A DNA stretch of 64,000 nt from Escherichia coli 042 (GTDB lineage Bacteria; Pseudomonadota; Gammaproteobacteria; Enterobacterales; Enterobacteriaceae), in the NCBI RefSeq assembly GCF_000027125.1, contig NC_017626.1; one strand, given 5' to 3'. This document shows positions 1 through 11,217 of this stretch, piece after piece. The translations under genes were made by a program, and so were the position numbers. Within the stretch, counting starts at the first letter, position 1. Each line of letters starts with the position of its first letter. The notes below the pieces were generated by a model. That model was not told where the DNA came from, did no database searches, and worked only from the letters and a program-made list of their open reading frames with translations.

Positions 1-531
1 TACGAATAATAGTTCAACACACAGGTAATCCCATGCGTTAAATTTAACGTTTAAAAAATACTGAATAGCGAAGATCGTACACGTTGCAATAGATGCAATT
101 GCGATCGGAACCGTGAGAGATTTATTGGAATTGAGAGATTGAAAATAGCTATTTGAGAAATTAAAAAATAAAGCAACAGGTAAGGCTAACACAATAGGAA
201 TATAGACATTATATTGATAACCCTGAACAAAAGAATACAAACAAAACAGTAGTAAAACAATTACTCCAGAAAGAATTTTTTGTGCAAACGTTACATTTAA
301 TAGTTTTATTTTATCTGTAGAATCATTATATTTTTTTATAACAAACAGATCCACACCAAAATCAGTAACCACCCGAAGGACTTCGAGAAAACCAACTAAA
401 AAAATGAACTCTCCGCCTACATCTTCTCCTAAGGAACGAGTAATCAGAATTATTGCAAGTGTTTTAAAACCGAAGTAACATATTTTATTAAATAGCGAAA
501 AAATGCCATCGGAGAAAATTTCTTTGATCAT
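1..531 (-). CDS. O-antigen flippase Wzx-like, 5' portion only; gene continues beyond window start
   Basis: Manual translation of minus strand from ATG at 531-529: 177 codons open to the window edge in very AT-rich DNA; product MIKEIFSDGIFSLFNKICYFGFKTLAIILITRSLGEDVGGEFIFLVGFLEVL... is hydrophobic with a Wzx-type N-terminal pattern. Not in the ORF track because the stop lies outside the window. Confidence 0.5.
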   Translation of the reverse strand, partial: MIKEIFSDGIFSLFNKICYFGFKTLAIILITRSLGEDVGGEFIFLVGFLEVLRVVTDFGVDLFVIKKYNDSTDKIKLLNVTFAQKILSGVIVLLLFCLYSFVQGYQYNVYIPIVLALPVALFFNFSNSYFQSLNSNKSLTVPIAIASIATCTIFAIQYFLNVKFNAWDYLCVELLFV

Positions 532-572
532 GTCATGCCTACTGGTGAGATCCTGGTCGAAAAATAAACCAC

Positions 573-1904
573 TTACTGACCATGATAAATTTTATTTTTA
601 ACAAGTAATGGAGATATAAGAACAATCGGCAATGATTTTAGAAGAAAAGCCAATGGCAAAATCAGTTCACCACGAACAGCATAAAAAAATCCAGATATCA
701 TGGAGATGGCAACAAAGTTTATTATTATCCGTTGATTATTTAGTCCCCATTTAATAAAAAGCATCACCCCTGATAAATACAGTAAATAAATAATCACTCC
801 CAAGTTTAGACTCAGCAACGATGACTCTAACAATCCTGAAGATGACAACGCAATACCAGAGGATACATCACCTAAAACAATTATTGAAAAATCTTTTGCG
901 ATTTGTTGATCATCAAGAAAACCAAGACCGCTTAGCGGTAATACTTGTGTGAATACCACAGCGGGATGAAGTTGATCCCATCCTGATGATTGCATATCAA
1001 ACAAATTCTGCATCCCCCCAAGAGTAGAGGATAGCGAATCTAAAACAATGCCAATATAAATCATAAAATCGATTTGGTACCCTTCACGGAAATACGATAC
1101 CATCGAGAAGCATAAAAAACCGGCGATGAGAAATATTGGTTTTGAGAGTTGCTTAAATAAATTTCTTACTCTATACTCATTAGAGTACATATATAGTATA
1201 AAAATACAAATCACTGAAAAGAAAAACTTATTACGTATTCCAATAGCTAAATCAGATGCAAGTAAAACAAATGCAATAACTTTAATGTAGGTCGGTGTTT
1301 TAAAATAAAAAGTGGACAATGACATTACAACTGCAAAACCACTAATAGCACGAATAAAAAATGGAACTTGGGATAGCAATTCTTCGCTTTCAGTATAAAT
1401 TGCTAAATGCCCTTCTCCTGAATTCAATATAAACATAAGATAAATTAATATTTTGTATAATTGACACAGTGCAACAATAGAAAACAAAATATAAAATAAA
1501 CTAGTTAAATATCTTTTTTCTTCTTTTATGACAGTCTCTGTTGTTTGCAAGTAAAGGATGGAATTGATCAACATCCCCCAGATACAAATTATTTCAAACC
1601 CATGATTTGCGTTTTTAAAATAGTAAAGATAAATCGATGGCAAACCAATAATCAAAGAAAAAACGAATGCAAAAAGTAAGGTTAGTGATAAATAGCGAAC
1701 TCTATTAATATAATAATAGAACATCAAAACAACTAATAGCGCTGTAGATATAGTGGCTAAAATATCAATATACACTTGCGATACAAATGTATCCGCCCCT
1801 CCCCACAAGAAACATGAGGATAGTGAAAGAAATACAGAAAAATATATAGCCAGATGTTTAAACTGTATTTTATTGCACAATAATGAATAATATTGCTTAT
1901 GCAT
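573..1904 (-). CDS. polytopic membrane protein, putative O-antigen polymerase (Wzy-like)
   Basis: 443-aa ORF made of many hydrophobic segments and no recognisable enzymatic motif; position inside an O-antigen cluster. Wzy assignment is inferred from context. Confidence 0.45.
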   Translation of the reverse strand: MHKQYYSLLCNKIQFKHLAIYFSVFLSLSSCFLWGGADTFVSQVYIDILATISTALLVVLMFYYYINRVRYLSLTLLFAFVFSLIIGLPSIYLYYFKNANHGFEIICIWGMLINSILYLQTTETVIKEEKRYLTSLFYILFSIVALCQLYKILIYLMFILNSGEGHLAIYTESEELLSQVPFFIRAISGFAVVMSLSTFYFKTPTYIKVIAFVLLASDLAIGIRNKFFFSVICIFILYMYSNEYRVRNLFKQLSKPIFLIAGFLCFSMVSYFREGYQIDFMIYIGIVLDSLSSTLGGMQNLFDMQSSGWDQLHPAVVFTQVLPLSGLGFLDDQQIAKDFSIIVLGDVSSGIALSSSGLLESSLLSLNLGVIIYLLYLSGVMLFIKWGLNNQRIIINFVAISMISGFFYAVRGELILPLAFLLKSLPIVLISPLLVKNKIYHGQ

Positions 1905-2087
1905 AGTAATTAGCTTTACTAGTGAAGTAACTCATTTGAAAAATAAGAAACAGTTAATTTTACAATCTCTTATTCGGGATGAACGCAAATAAAAACACCA
2001 ATGCTAAATATAAACAATTTATAAACAATCTATTACTGAGCGGTTAAATGACAAACCGCTCAAGAGTAGAAAAAAGTTTATATTTTT

Positions 2088-3509
2088 TTACAAAAGAGTA
2101 ACTTTATGCAAAACTTCTAACACTAATTTTTCAGCTTTTATTATGTTATCTGCTTCTGCATAGCATCGCAATTCAGGTGCGTTGCCTGACGGTCGCAAAT
2201 GGATTATTGAACCATCACTTAGTGTCAATCTTAACCCGTCAATTGTATCCACCGATTGTACATGAAGATCGACAAAGCCTATTCTTTCGATAAATTCTTG
2301 AGGATTTTCTTGAGCTGACGCGATAATGCTTTTGCTTTTGCTTGTTGCAAAATTTTGAACTCTATTTGAGTAGGTAAATCGTGGTGGCAACTCCGCCAAG
2401 AGTTTTGAAATAGTCACATTATTTTTTATAGCCAGTGCCAGTACCATTAAAGCAGGCAAAACAGCATCTCTTGTTGGAAGCGCTTTAATCATACCGCTGT
2501 TATAATTTACATCGCTACCTAAAAGATACCCACCGTTAGCCTCAAACCCTGCAACCCTATCAAAACTATTATTCAGAGAATCAAACGCTGAAATGACGTA
2601 TGGTGAACCAATTTTAGTCAGCGTTACATGATTAAACCACCCGCAAGTCTGAATAACCGTATTACAACTTACAGGTACAGCTACCGCTTCAATATTCATT
2701 GCCTTTGAGCAAAATAGTCCTAATATATCACCCCGTAACCAAACGCCATTTTCGTCAGCAACCAAAGGACGATCGCCATCACCATCGGTAGAAAAAATCA
2801 TATCGAGGTCATACTCAGATGACCAGTGTAAAGCTTTTTCTTCATCTTCTTTTGATACTGCTTCAGTATCAATAGGCACAAACTCATCACTTCTACCAAT
2901 ACTTACAACTTCAGCACCAAGCTTACTGAATATTTCTGAATAAAGATCCCGTCCCGCACTTGAATGTTCATAAATCCCGATACGTTTACCTTTAAATATA
3001 TTTGAAAAAATTGAAGTGTTTCTCTCGATATAAGTATCAGCGGCACGCTTTGAACATTGTAATTCTGGCAATACAGTTACATCAGGATACTCTTTTTCAG
3101 CATGTATAATGCTGTTCTCATTTTCTTTTGAAATTTCCCCGTCTGGACGATAGAATTTCAAACCATTTCTATCAAATGGAATATGACTTCCAGTAACCAT
3201 TATTGCAGGAATCCCATCGGCAATCGCTTGATTTGCCAAAGCTGGAGTTGGAATTACACCGTAGTAAATAGGTTTAATACTACATTCCAACAATGCTGCT
3301 GCGCAAGCTTGTGCCATAGCATAGCTGCTTGGGCGATTATCTATTGCGAGCGCAACCTCTTTAAAAGAAAAATCCTTCATCATTACATCGATAAAAGCAT
3401 AAGTGAATGCAGCACACACGTTGGGTGTAAAATCTTTCACTAATCCACGAGCACCACTTGTACCAAATGCAATTCCGCTATTTTTAATTACATCATTGGT
3501 AATATTCAT
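2088..3509 (-). CDS. phosphomannomutase/phosphoglucomutase-family sugar phosphate mutase (manB-like)
   Basis: ORF-track protein has a [11 protein letters not shown] active-site serine loop and DGDGDR metal-binding loop typical of alpha-D-phosphohexomutases. Start trimmed to the ATG at 3509 (MNITNDV...), which avoids overlap with manC. Confidence 0.7.
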   Translation of the reverse strand: MNITNDVIKNSGIAFGTSGARGLVKDFTPNVCAAFTYAFIDVMMKDFSFKEVALAIDNRPSSYAMAQACAAALLECSIKPIYYGVIPTPALANQAIADGIPAIMVTGSHIPFDRNGLKFYRPDGEISKENENSIIHAEKEYPDVTVLPELQCSKRAADTYIERNTSIFSNIFKGKRIGIYEHSSAGRDLYSEIFSKLGAEVVSIGRSDEFVPIDTEAVSKEDEEKALHWSSEYDLDMIFSTDGDGDRPLVADENGVWLRGDILGLFCSKAMNIEAVAVPVSCNTVIQTCGWFNHVTLTKIGSPYVISAFDSLNNSFDRVAGFEANGGYLLGSDVNYNSGMIKALPTRDAVLPALMVLALAIKNNVTISKLLAELPPRFTYSNRVQNFATSKSKSIIASAQENPQEFIERIGFVDLHVQSVDTIDGLRLTLSDGSIIHLRPSGNAPELRCYAEADNIIKAEKLVLEVLHKVTLL

Positions 3510-3513
3510 ATAA

Positions 3514-4929
3514 TTATTTATCCTCAACACGACCATATTTATCACTTAGGCGCACAATATCATCATCACCTAGATATACACCCGACTGAATCTCAATTAC
3601 TTCTAATGGTATCTTTCCTGGATTTTCCAAGGTATGAACTGTGCCAATTGGTATGAAAGTTGACTCATTTTCAGTGACGAAAAAAGTGCGTTCGCCGCAA
3701 GTCACCTTTGCAGTACCAGCGACAACCACCCAATGCTCAGCTCGATGATGATGCATTTGTGTTGAGAGACATTCACCAGGCTTAACGGTAATACGCTTTA
3801 CCTGATAACGGTCGCCACGTTCTACAGAATCATAACGTCCCCAAGGACGATAGACTTCGCGATGGGATATATGTTCGCTACGTTTTTGCTTTTTAAGAAT
3901 TTCGACAATCTTCTTTATGTCTTGTACGTTGTCTTGCTGTGCTACCAGGAGCGCATCTTTAGTTTGAACTATAATAAGGTTATTAACTCCTACAGTGCTG
4001 ATCAGTGAACCTTCAGAGTAAATGTAGTTGTTCCTGCTGTCATAGTTAATTACATCGCCATGCGATACGTTTTCATGTTCATCTTTCTCTGATATTTCCC
4101 AAAGTGATGTCCATGAACCGATGTCACTCCAGTCAGCATCAAGTGGAATAACTACACAATCCTGAGTTTTTTCCATTACCGCATAATCAATTGACTCATC
4201 GGGACATTCTGCAAAGACATCAGAATTTAATCTGATAAAATCTAGATCAGTACTAGCACTGGAAAGCGACTCTTTACACGCTGCTAAAATATCAGGGCGA
4301 AATTTTTTCAATTCATCTAAATATACGCTCGCCTTGAACATGAACATACCACTATTCCACAAATAGCATTTTTGTTCGAGATAATTTTTAGCCGTTTCTA
4401 AATCAGGTTTTTCGACGAAAGAATTTACTTTAAATACAGAGTTTTTAACTTGTTCGCCCTTTTTAATATAGCCATACCCAGTTTCAGGTTTGGTCGGGAC
4501 GATGCCAAAAGTCACTAACTTATTGTCAACGGACTCTTGTTCTGCAGCTAAAACAGCTGCATGGAAGGCTTCAATATCCTGAATAGCATGGTCAGCAGCA
4601 AGAACCAGCATATGATGATCGCCATGGAGTTCTAGAGACTTTAGAGCAGCCAGCGCAACGGCGGGCGCAGTATTTCTACCTACAGGTTCTAGAATAATCT
4701 GGAAGTCATCCACACCGAACTGTCGCAATTGTTCAGCAACAATAAATCTATGCTCATTATTGCTAACAATGACAGGAGGCAAACAATTTAATCCATCAAG
4801 TCTCTTCAACGTTTCCTGGAGCAAACTATTTTCATTAATCAATGATAAAAATTGTTTCGGGTATAACGAACGCGAAAGAGGCCATAAGCGAGTACCAGAA
4901 CCACCGGCCATAATAATTGGGATAATCAT
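3514..4929 (-). CDS. manC: mannose-1-phosphate guanylyltransferase / mannose-6-phosphate isomerase (type II)
   Basis: 471 aa; N-terminus [27 protein letters not shown] is the nucleotidyltransferase signature; a cupin-like C-terminus; clear paralogue of cpsB at 17171-18607. Confidence 0.85.
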   Translation of the reverse strand: MIIPIIMAGGSGTRLWPLSRSLYPKQFLSLINENSLLQETLKRLDGLNCLPPVIVSNNEHRFIVAEQLRQFGVDDFQIILEPVGRNTAPAVALAALKSLELHGDHHMLVLAADHAIQDIEAFHAAVLAAEQESVDNKLVTFGIVPTKPETGYGYIKKGEQVKNSVFKVNSFVEKPDLETAKNYLEQKCYLWNSGMFMFKASVYLDELKKFRPDILAACKESLSSASTDLDFIRLNSDVFAECPDESIDYAVMEKTQDCVVIPLDADWSDIGSWTSLWEISEKDEHENVSHGDVINYDSRNNYIYSEGSLISTVGVNNLIIVQTKDALLVAQQDNVQDIKKIVEILKKQKRSEHISHREVYRPWGRYDSVERGDRYQVKRITVKPGECLSTQMHHHRAEHWVVVAGTAKVTCGERTFFVTENESTFIPIGTVHTLENPGKIPLEVIEIQSGVYLGDDDIVRLSDKYGRVEDK

Positions 4930-4930
4930 T

Positions 4931-6133
4931 TTATTTAACAGACTCCTTAATTTTCTGGATATATGGGCTCAATTTAGCTTCCCATGAAAAATTCTCACCG
5001 ATAAACTTTTTCGCAACTAATGCTGTTTCGGTATATTTATCCAGATTTGTTATAAAATAATTTAATACACGTAAATATTCTTCTTTTGTATTGGCAACAT
5101 AAATCTCCTTACCCTCCTCTGCTCCCAAGCCTTCAAAGCCTACAGTAGAAGAGATACAAGGTAATCCCAACGCCATATATTCAAGTACCTTATTTTGGAT
5201 ACCTGCCCCTAATCTAATAGGACATACACCAATATGCCCATCAGCTGCTGCATAAGTTATGCTATCAACTTCACCTGTGACAACAACGCCAGGCTGGCTT
5301 TCTAACCAACTCTTATCTTTATCTGTAATACGTCCGATGACCTTAAATTCAAAATTACCATGCTTGTTAAGAAATGGTAAAACTTCCTTGGTGAACCATC
5401 TCACACCATCCATATTTTGCAAAGAATATAAATTACCTATAAATACAAGGGTTATCTTTTTATCTTTAGCTATTTTTCGTTCTGAAAAAGGTAAGCTAAC
5501 GGCATCAACACCATTTCCACAGACTAATACATTATTCGGACGGTCTGGATATAAATAATCGGAGTCAACCTGTGATACCAAAGTAGTCAAGCTGAACTTG
5601 TTATTTATAGTTCGCTCATATCGTTCGAGTCTTTTTTGTTCAAAAGAATATACAAATGTTTTTAAACTCAATAAAGATGCTTTTTCCTTTACTCGTTTAT
5701 AATTAAGTGAAATGGCATCGGTCATCTCTAAAAAATTTATATCTTTATTCTCTTTCACATAATCACCAACCCTTATCAAATGTGAAAGAGTTGCAGAATG
5801 TTCAGGTAATAACTGCTTAAGTTTATCTTCAAATTCTTTAGATTTATAATACCCAATCTGTAGGGGAGTATTTGAAAACAAAGAGAATATGACATTTAAA
5901 ATAGATTTTTTCTTTGAAAGATATACTCTGTGAACACTACTAAAAACTTCACGATCATATTCATAGTTGAGCTCTTCGCGTTTATCACACAGACTCAGCA
6001 ACGTAAGATCATAATGCTTAGACAGTTCTTTACAGATCTTATAGATACGTAATCGATCCCCACCAATGACAGGAAACGGGAACCGTGGAGTCAAAACTAA
6101 TATCTGTTTCTTATTTATATCAATATTACTCAT
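4931..6133 (-). CDS. glycosyltransferase, GT4 family (GT-B fold)
   Basis: 400 aa; C-terminal half has the GT4 pattern (GNG..., E-x7-E-like [10 protein letters not shown]); ATG start; located in the O-antigen cluster. Confidence 0.7.
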   Translation of the reverse strand: MSNIDINKKQILVLTPRFPFPVIGGDRLRIYKICKELSKHYDLTLLSLCDKREELNYEYDREVFSSVHRVYLSKKKSILNVIFSLFSNTPLQIGYYKSKEFEDKLKQLLPEHSATLSHLIRVGDYVKENKDINFLEMTDAISLNYKRVKEKASLLSLKTFVYSFEQKRLERYERTINNKFSLTTLVSQVDSDYLYPDRPNNVLVCGNGVDAVSLPFSERKIAKDKKITLVFIGNLYSLQNMDGVRWFTKEVLPFLNKHGNFEFKVIGRITDKDKSWLESQPGVVVTGEVDSITYAAADGHIGVCPIRLGAGIQNKVLEYMALGLPCISSTVGFEGLGAEEGKEIYVANTKEEYLRVLNYFITNLDKYTETALVAKKFIGENFSWEAKLSPYIQKIKESVK

Positions 6134-7130
6134 AAATCTTTCTCAATTCATTTTCAAATAAAATATGTTCATGCAGAGCTTTCCTTTCGACACTGGGTGA
6201 ATTATCTACCAAGTATGAATAGACTTCATAATACTCAGAATAGTAAGTATAAAAGAAAATATTCGAATCCTTTTGTTCGCGGAAAGCAGAGATCCGTGTG
6301 CATATAACATTTTTGCATGTGAGTTTTGCTTCAGCTAAAGTCCTTCCATACCCCTCGGCAAGCGAATGAGCCCAAACAATTTTAGAATTACAATATAGTT
6401 TGACGACTTCCTCTAAAGAAACAAAACCAATAATTTCAATTTCTTTATCTGTATCCCGCCCATCAATTAAGTCGTTAACCTTGCTAATACCATTCCCACA
6501 ACCTAATATTTTTAATGGTATTCTTTCTTCCCTTGGGATTGAAAAATAATAGTCCAGAGCTGTGCCTAGATCCTTATTATCCCCTAAACCTGAAACTAGA
6601 AGTAAATATCCAAGATCTTTTATTTCGGTAACATTAGCAATTTTCTCAAATGAGAAAAATGGATTTGGGAGCAGGATAGATTCTATACACTTAAATAGCG
6701 ATATTCTCTTAGATACTCGCTGAGTGCTTTGAGAAATAAATATTACTTTCTTTGCTAAAAAAGATGAAAAATAAATACAGACTTTCACATAAATGGCAGC
6801 AAGATTTCGTTTATTTTTCTTAAGACTAATGAAGTCATGAATTATAACAATTGCCTTACCTAATAACAAGTCAATGATGGAACTACTATTATAGGGATAT
6901 ATATTATACTTAGTTCTATAAAATATACCCATAATTGGTATTAAAAGCTGCTCTACTATTATAAAAAGAACATTCAGAAACCATGAAGGCAGCTTATGGA
7001 ATGCTTTTGGACATGCAACATAAATAACCTGAACATTATTGTCTCTTAACTTTTGCACAAGTTCAGAAGTATAGATCGGTATTCCTCTTTTCAAAATACC
7101 ATCAAAAAAATTATTTACAATTACTTTCAT
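6126..7130 (-). CDS. glycosyltransferase, GT4-like
   Basis: ORF-track frame 6126-7163 begins with TTG; the internal ATG at 7130 (MKVIVNNFF...) has an AAGAG Shine-Dalgarno ~8 nt upstream. C-terminal LAEGYGRTLAEA motif resembles GT4 enzymes. Confidence 0.6.
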   Translation of the reverse strand: MKVIVNNFFDGILKRGIPIYTSELVQKLRDNNVQVIYVACPKAFHKLPSWFLNVLFIIVEQLLIPIMGIFYRTKYNIYPYNSSSIIDLLLGKAIVIIHDFISLKKNKRNLAAIYVKVCIYFSSFLAKKVIFISQSTQRVSKRISLFKCIESILLPNPFFSFEKIANVTEIKDLGYLLLVSGLGDNKDLGTALDYYFSIPREERIPLKILGCGNGISKVNDLIDGRDTDKEIEIIGFVSLEEVVKLYCNSKIVWAHSLAEGYGRTLAEAKLTCKNVICTRISAFREQKDSNIFFYTYYSEYYEVYSYLVDNSPSVERKALHEHILFENELRKIYE

Positions 7131-7229
7131 GTTTGCTCTTAAGTTTATTTCAGATATTATCAATAGTATAAAAATAGTCAGGATTATTATTTCTTATTTT
7201 GAGAACGCATCATATAAACACAATCTTAC

Positions 7230-7268
7230 CACGCTACCGCCCCTGGCTTAACAGCTACCAGTGCACTA
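7230..7268 (-). promoter_or_regulatory. JUMPstart element with ops (GGCGGTAGCGTG), RfaH-dependent antitermination site in the O-antigen operon leader
   Basis: Minus-strand sequence TAGTGCACTGGTAGCTGTTAAGCCAGGGGCGGTAGCGTG matches the 39-bp JUMPstart consensus and ends with the ops element. Confidence 0.85.
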
Positions 7269-7523
7269 GCAAAATGCCAAAGATGTACCCCGCCCCGCTA
7301 GCTATCGCAAAGCTATCTTAAATTCAAACGCCAATTGTCTTACCAAATGCTGTCAGAAACAAGGATAAATCCAACAAAAAATAGATTAAACTTAGTAGGT
7401 TAACTCGTTGTTATTCTTTGTTTTAAAAAGAAAAACGACAGTAACATTCCTTTGTTTAAAGCATAGACGCCGGGATGTTAGCTGCCGCTATTTATCTAAA
7501 TTATTGTTACATTGGCTTGGGAT

Positions 7524-8417
7524 CTATTCCCCGAGCAACTTCTCAATGCTCTTACGGAACTTTGGCCCTTCCTTCAGGTTGCGCAGTCCATACTTCACAA
7601 ACGCCTGCATATAGCCCATTTTTTTACCGCAGTCGTAGCTGTCGCCGGTCATCAGCATGGCATCAACGGACTGTTTTTTCGCCAGTTCGGCAATAGCATC
7701 AGTCAGCTGAATACGCCCCCATGCACCAGGTTGCGTGCGTTCAAGTTCCGGCCAAATATCGGCAGAAAGCACATAGCGACCAACGGCCATGATGTCTGAG
7801 TCCAGCGTCTGCGGCTGATCCGGTTTTTCGATAAATTCGACGATGCGGCTGACTTTACCTTCACGATCCAGTGGTTCTTTGGTCTGAATGACGGAGTATT
7901 CAGAGAGGTCACCCGGCATACGTTTTGCCAGCACCTGGCTGCGGCCCGTTTCGTTGAAGCGCGCAATCATGGCAGCAAGGTTATAGCGTAGCGGATCGGC
8001 GCTGGCGTCATCGATAACAACGTCTGGCAGTACCACGACAAATGGGTTGTCACCAATGGCAGGTCGTGCACATAAAATGGAGTGGCCCAAACCTAAAGGT
8101 TCGCCCTGACGCACGTTCATAATGGTCACGCCCGGCGGACAGATGGACTGCACTTCCGCCAGTAGTTGACGCTTCACGCGCTGTTCAAGGAGAGATTCTA
8201 ATTCATAAGAGGTGTCGAAGTGGTTTTCGACCGCGTTCTTGGACGCGTGAGTTACCAGGAGGATTTCTTTGATCCCTGCAGCCACAATCTCGTCAACAAT
8301 GTACTGAATCATTGGCTTGTCGACGATCGGTAGCATCTCTTTGGGAATCGCCTTAGTGGCAGGCAACATATGCATCCCAAGACCCGCTACAGGAATAACT
8401 GCTTTTAAATTCGTCAT
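7524..8417 (-). CDS. galF: UTP-glucose-1-phosphate uridylyltransferase paralogue GalF
   Basis: Protein [30 protein letters not shown]... matches GalF as I recall it; start trimmed from the ORF-track MDEI extension to the ATG at 8417. Confidence 0.9.
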   Translation of the reverse strand: MTNLKAVIPVAGLGMHMLPATKAIPKEMLPIVDKPMIQYIVDEIVAAGIKEILLVTHASKNAVENHFDTSYELESLLEQRVKRQLLAEVQSICPPGVTIMNVRQGEPLGLGHSILCARPAIGDNPFVVVLPDVVIDDASADPLRYNLAAMIARFNETGRSQVLAKRMPGDLSEYSVIQTKEPLDREGKVSRIVEFIEKPDQPQTLDSDIMAVGRYVLSADIWPELERTQPGAWGRIQLTDAIAELAKKQSVDAMLMTGDSYDCGKKMGYMQAFVKYGLRNLKEGPKFRKSIEKLLGE

Positions 8418-8591
8418 TATTTCATCCACCTGTAAAATGGTTGCTGAATTATAGCTTGTTCGATTTTTTTCGCCAGCATCAATTACCCTGAATTGATTAC
8501 TGAATTACTTGTGATGTTACGCCGCTTCGTTGTGGATTGCAGTAGCATTGTTCCTAAGTATGGCTCCATTTTTCCAGGAATGGTCGCAAAT

Positions 8592-9986
8592 CTACTCTCT
8601 CCGTTCTGGCAATCTAAAGTTAATCTTTTCCACATTAACAATATGGTGATTAACCCTGTCGATATCGACGGAGCTTTGCCCTCTTTCATTCACCGCATGA
8701 ACATTTGCAAGAGACAGCAGTGTTTCTTTTTTCGCCATAAAGACGCCGCGAACGTCTTTGCGCATGTCGAAGTTCATGCTCAATGCGGGTCCAACAGAGG
8801 ATTCCTGCATCACTTTGATATTTCGTATAAAAAGATGTTGCGGTTTGTTGTGTAACTCCAACGAGGCACGCTTCATCTCAATGTTAGTCAGTGCAACAAA
8901 GGAGACAGCATTCCCGGCAGAGATTTGGATACCGCGCAATTTGTAAGCAAGGTGGGTGTTATCCAGCTGAATATTATTCACTCGGAAATTTTGCGGTATC
9001 GAGAGATATTTGCCTTTAATTACCCCATAACCGATTAACATCCCGGCGCTATTAATCATTTCAATATTATCAATCACGAAATTGTCACAACCGTAAATAG
9101 CGACCGTGGCGTTATCAATACCTGCTTTCTTACTGAAATCCGGCGTGATATTGCGGGCTTTGATATTACGAATAACAAAATGTTTACCATTTTCAACATG
9201 GATCAGTTGTCGACAATCCGATCCCGTGATATTCGCCACGACAAAGTTTTTCACTGCCTGGTCTTCCGGGTAGTTATTATCATAAGTACTCCCCGCAAGG
9301 CCTATGCCGATTCCCCAGTTGATTTTGCCGTTGGTACAGTTGATGCGCTCGATGATGTGGTCGGAGATCAAAATATCACTGTCGTTAATCGCCACGTTCC
9401 ATTCAATGGCGTCCCCCTGTAAGTCGCTGAACTTACAATTGGTGATGTTGGCACCGATAATCTGGTTATGAAATCCCTGACGTAAGATGGCGTAATTAGC
9501 GTGGCTGACAGTGAGGTTATCGATGGTCAGGTTGCGCATGACCCGTTTGTTTTTGCCGCCGATATAAATCTGCGTTACTGGGCCAAAGCCGCTCATCGCC
9601 AGCCCTTTGATGGTGCAGTCAGAGCCGCGCACATCCAGGGTGATGTTATGCATACTGCCGCCCTCCTCCCCTGTCACCTGGCTGCCGTCTTGTAAGACAA
9701 AACGCCCTCTGCCGTTGCCGCGCAGGCTTCCAAGGATGTGTAACGTTTTGCCAGGAGGAATGAAGATGCCGGTGTTGATATTTTCACAAACCAATCCGGC
9801 AGGCACGACGACCGTTTGCCCTTCGCTGAAGGCTTGTTTAAATGAAGCAATCCAGTCGTGTGGGTTGTAGTCGTTAATGTTAACGCTTTGCCGGGCAGGA
9901 AGTGCTCGGGCGAAAGGCGTATGAAGGAAGGCAAGCGCCGAGCTTACCGTCAGGAAAGTGCGTCGGGAGAGTTTTTTAAATGGCAT
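8592..9986 (-). CDS. wcaM: colanic acid biosynthesis protein WcaM
   Basis: 464 aa, same length as K-12 WcaM; signal-peptide-like N-terminus; last gene of the wca operon, adjacent to galF. Confidence 0.88.
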   Translation of the reverse strand: MPFKKLSRRTFLTVSSALAFLHTPFARALPARQSVNINDYNPHDWIASFKQAFSEGQTVVVPAGLVCENINTGIFIPPGKTLHILGSLRGNGRGRFVLQDGSQVTGEEGGSMHNITLDVRGSDCTIKGLAMSGFGPVTQIYIGGKNKRVMRNLTIDNLTVSHANYAILRQGFHNQIIGANITNCKFSDLQGDAIEWNVAINDSDILISDHIIERINCTNGKINWGIGIGLAGSTYDNNYPEDQAVKNFVVANITGSDCRQLIHVENGKHFVIRNIKARNITPDFSKKAGIDNATVAIYGCDNFVIDNIEMINSAGMLIGYGVIKGKYLSIPQNFRVNNIQLDNTHLAYKLRGIQISAGNAVSFVALTNIEMKRASLELHNKPQHLFIRNIKVMQESSVGPALSMNFDMRKDVRGVFMAKKETLLSLANVHAVNERGQSSVDIDRVNHHIVNVEKINFRLPERRE

Positions 9987-9996
9987 ACGTTCTCCT

Positions 9997-11217
9997 CTAT
10001 AAAGCTTGCAGCAAGCTGGCGAGTTCTCGATTAATCACCTGCTGGTTAAAATCATGTTCGACTTTTTCGCGCGCACGTTTGATAACCGGAGCCAGTTCGT
10101 CGGTGTCCAGTTGGCTAAACGCCGCCAGTCGTTGCGCCAGTGCACGGGCATCGTTCTCAGGCACCAGCCAGCCGGATTTGTCAGCCTCCACCAGTTCCGG
10201 TATTCCGCTATGCAGAGTAGAAACCACCGGAATGCCGACCGCCATCGCTTCCATTAGCGCCACCGGAATGCCTTCCATATCACCATCCGCACCTGTAACC
10301 GATGGCAACAGGAAGACATCCGCGTCGTCGAGCATCGCTTTCACTTCGTGGCTCGGTTTAAAGCCCGGCATCTCCACCACATCTTCCAGTTGATATTGTT
10401 CGATGAGGGTGCGCAGGCGTCGTTCCCACGGGCCAATGCCGAGGATGCGATAGCGAAATGCCACGCCCTGCTCTTTCAACTGACGGCAGGATTCGATCGC
10501 CACATGCAGGCCTTTTTTCTCGGTTAAGCGTGCGACGGAGATGATTTCCAGCGGTATTGCGGGCGCTTTCACCGGACGCGGGCTAAAACGCGTCATGTCC
10601 ACGCCCATGCGCGATACGGCAATTTTTTCCCTCGGGCAGCCCATTTTTTGCAGCCTTCCGGCCCAGAGATCGCTGATCGGTAGCATCAAATCGCCACGGC
10701 GAAACAGTTGCTGATATTCGGGGGTGTAGTGGTTGAGCACTTCCCGACTGGAGATATCAATGCCGTGGAAGATAGTAGCGATTTTGCCGCGAATGACACC
10801 CAGTTCCCGTAGTTTTGCTGCGGTTACCCCCGCCGGGCCAAAATGAGCGATGAACACATCGGCATAAAATGGTGTTGCGACCTGGCCGCAAATGGCAGAC
10901 AAAATCAGGTTCCGCGACTCGGCACCATAGCGTTTGAGGTTGAGCGCCTGCCAGGTATTTTTGCGATGAATGCCGCGTAAGGTCTGGCTGGCGCGGTGGC
11001 GCAGCTTCGCCACTTTGCCCGTAGGTTCGTCCTGTAACCAGCGGGTTCTGGCGGCAAGGTTGTATTTCGTCCATGCCGCGTGGGTGTTTTGTGTGTCGCC
11101 TTTTTGCAGCGCGACAATCTCCACCTCAAATCCCATATCAATAAACGCAGTGATTTGGTTGAGAACGAAGGTTTCCGACGACAGCGGAAATTTCAGTAAA
11201 AAGAAGCCGACCTTCAT
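9997..11217 (-). CDS. wcaL: colanic acid glycosyltransferase WcaL
   Basis: 406 aa GT4-type protein in conserved wca order. Confidence 0.88.
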   Translation of the reverse strand: MKVGFFLLKFPLSSETFVLNQITAFIDMGFEVEIVALQKGDTQNTHAAWTKYNLAARTRWLQDEPTGKVAKLRHRASQTLRGIHRKNTWQALNLKRYGAESRNLILSAICGQVATPFYADVFIAHFGPAGVTAAKLRELGVIRGKIATIFHGIDISSREVLNHYTPEYQQLFRRGDLMLPISDLWAGRLQKMGCPREKIAVSRMGVDMTRFSPRPVKAPAIPLEIISVARLTEKKGLHVAIESCRQLKEQGVAFRYRILGIGPWERRLRTLIEQYQLEDVVEMPGFKPSHEVKAMLDDADVFLLPSVTGADGDMEGIPVALMEAMAVGIPVVSTLHSGIPELVEADKSGWLVPENDARALAQRLAAFSQLDTDELAPVIKRAREKVEHDFNQQVINRELASLLQAL

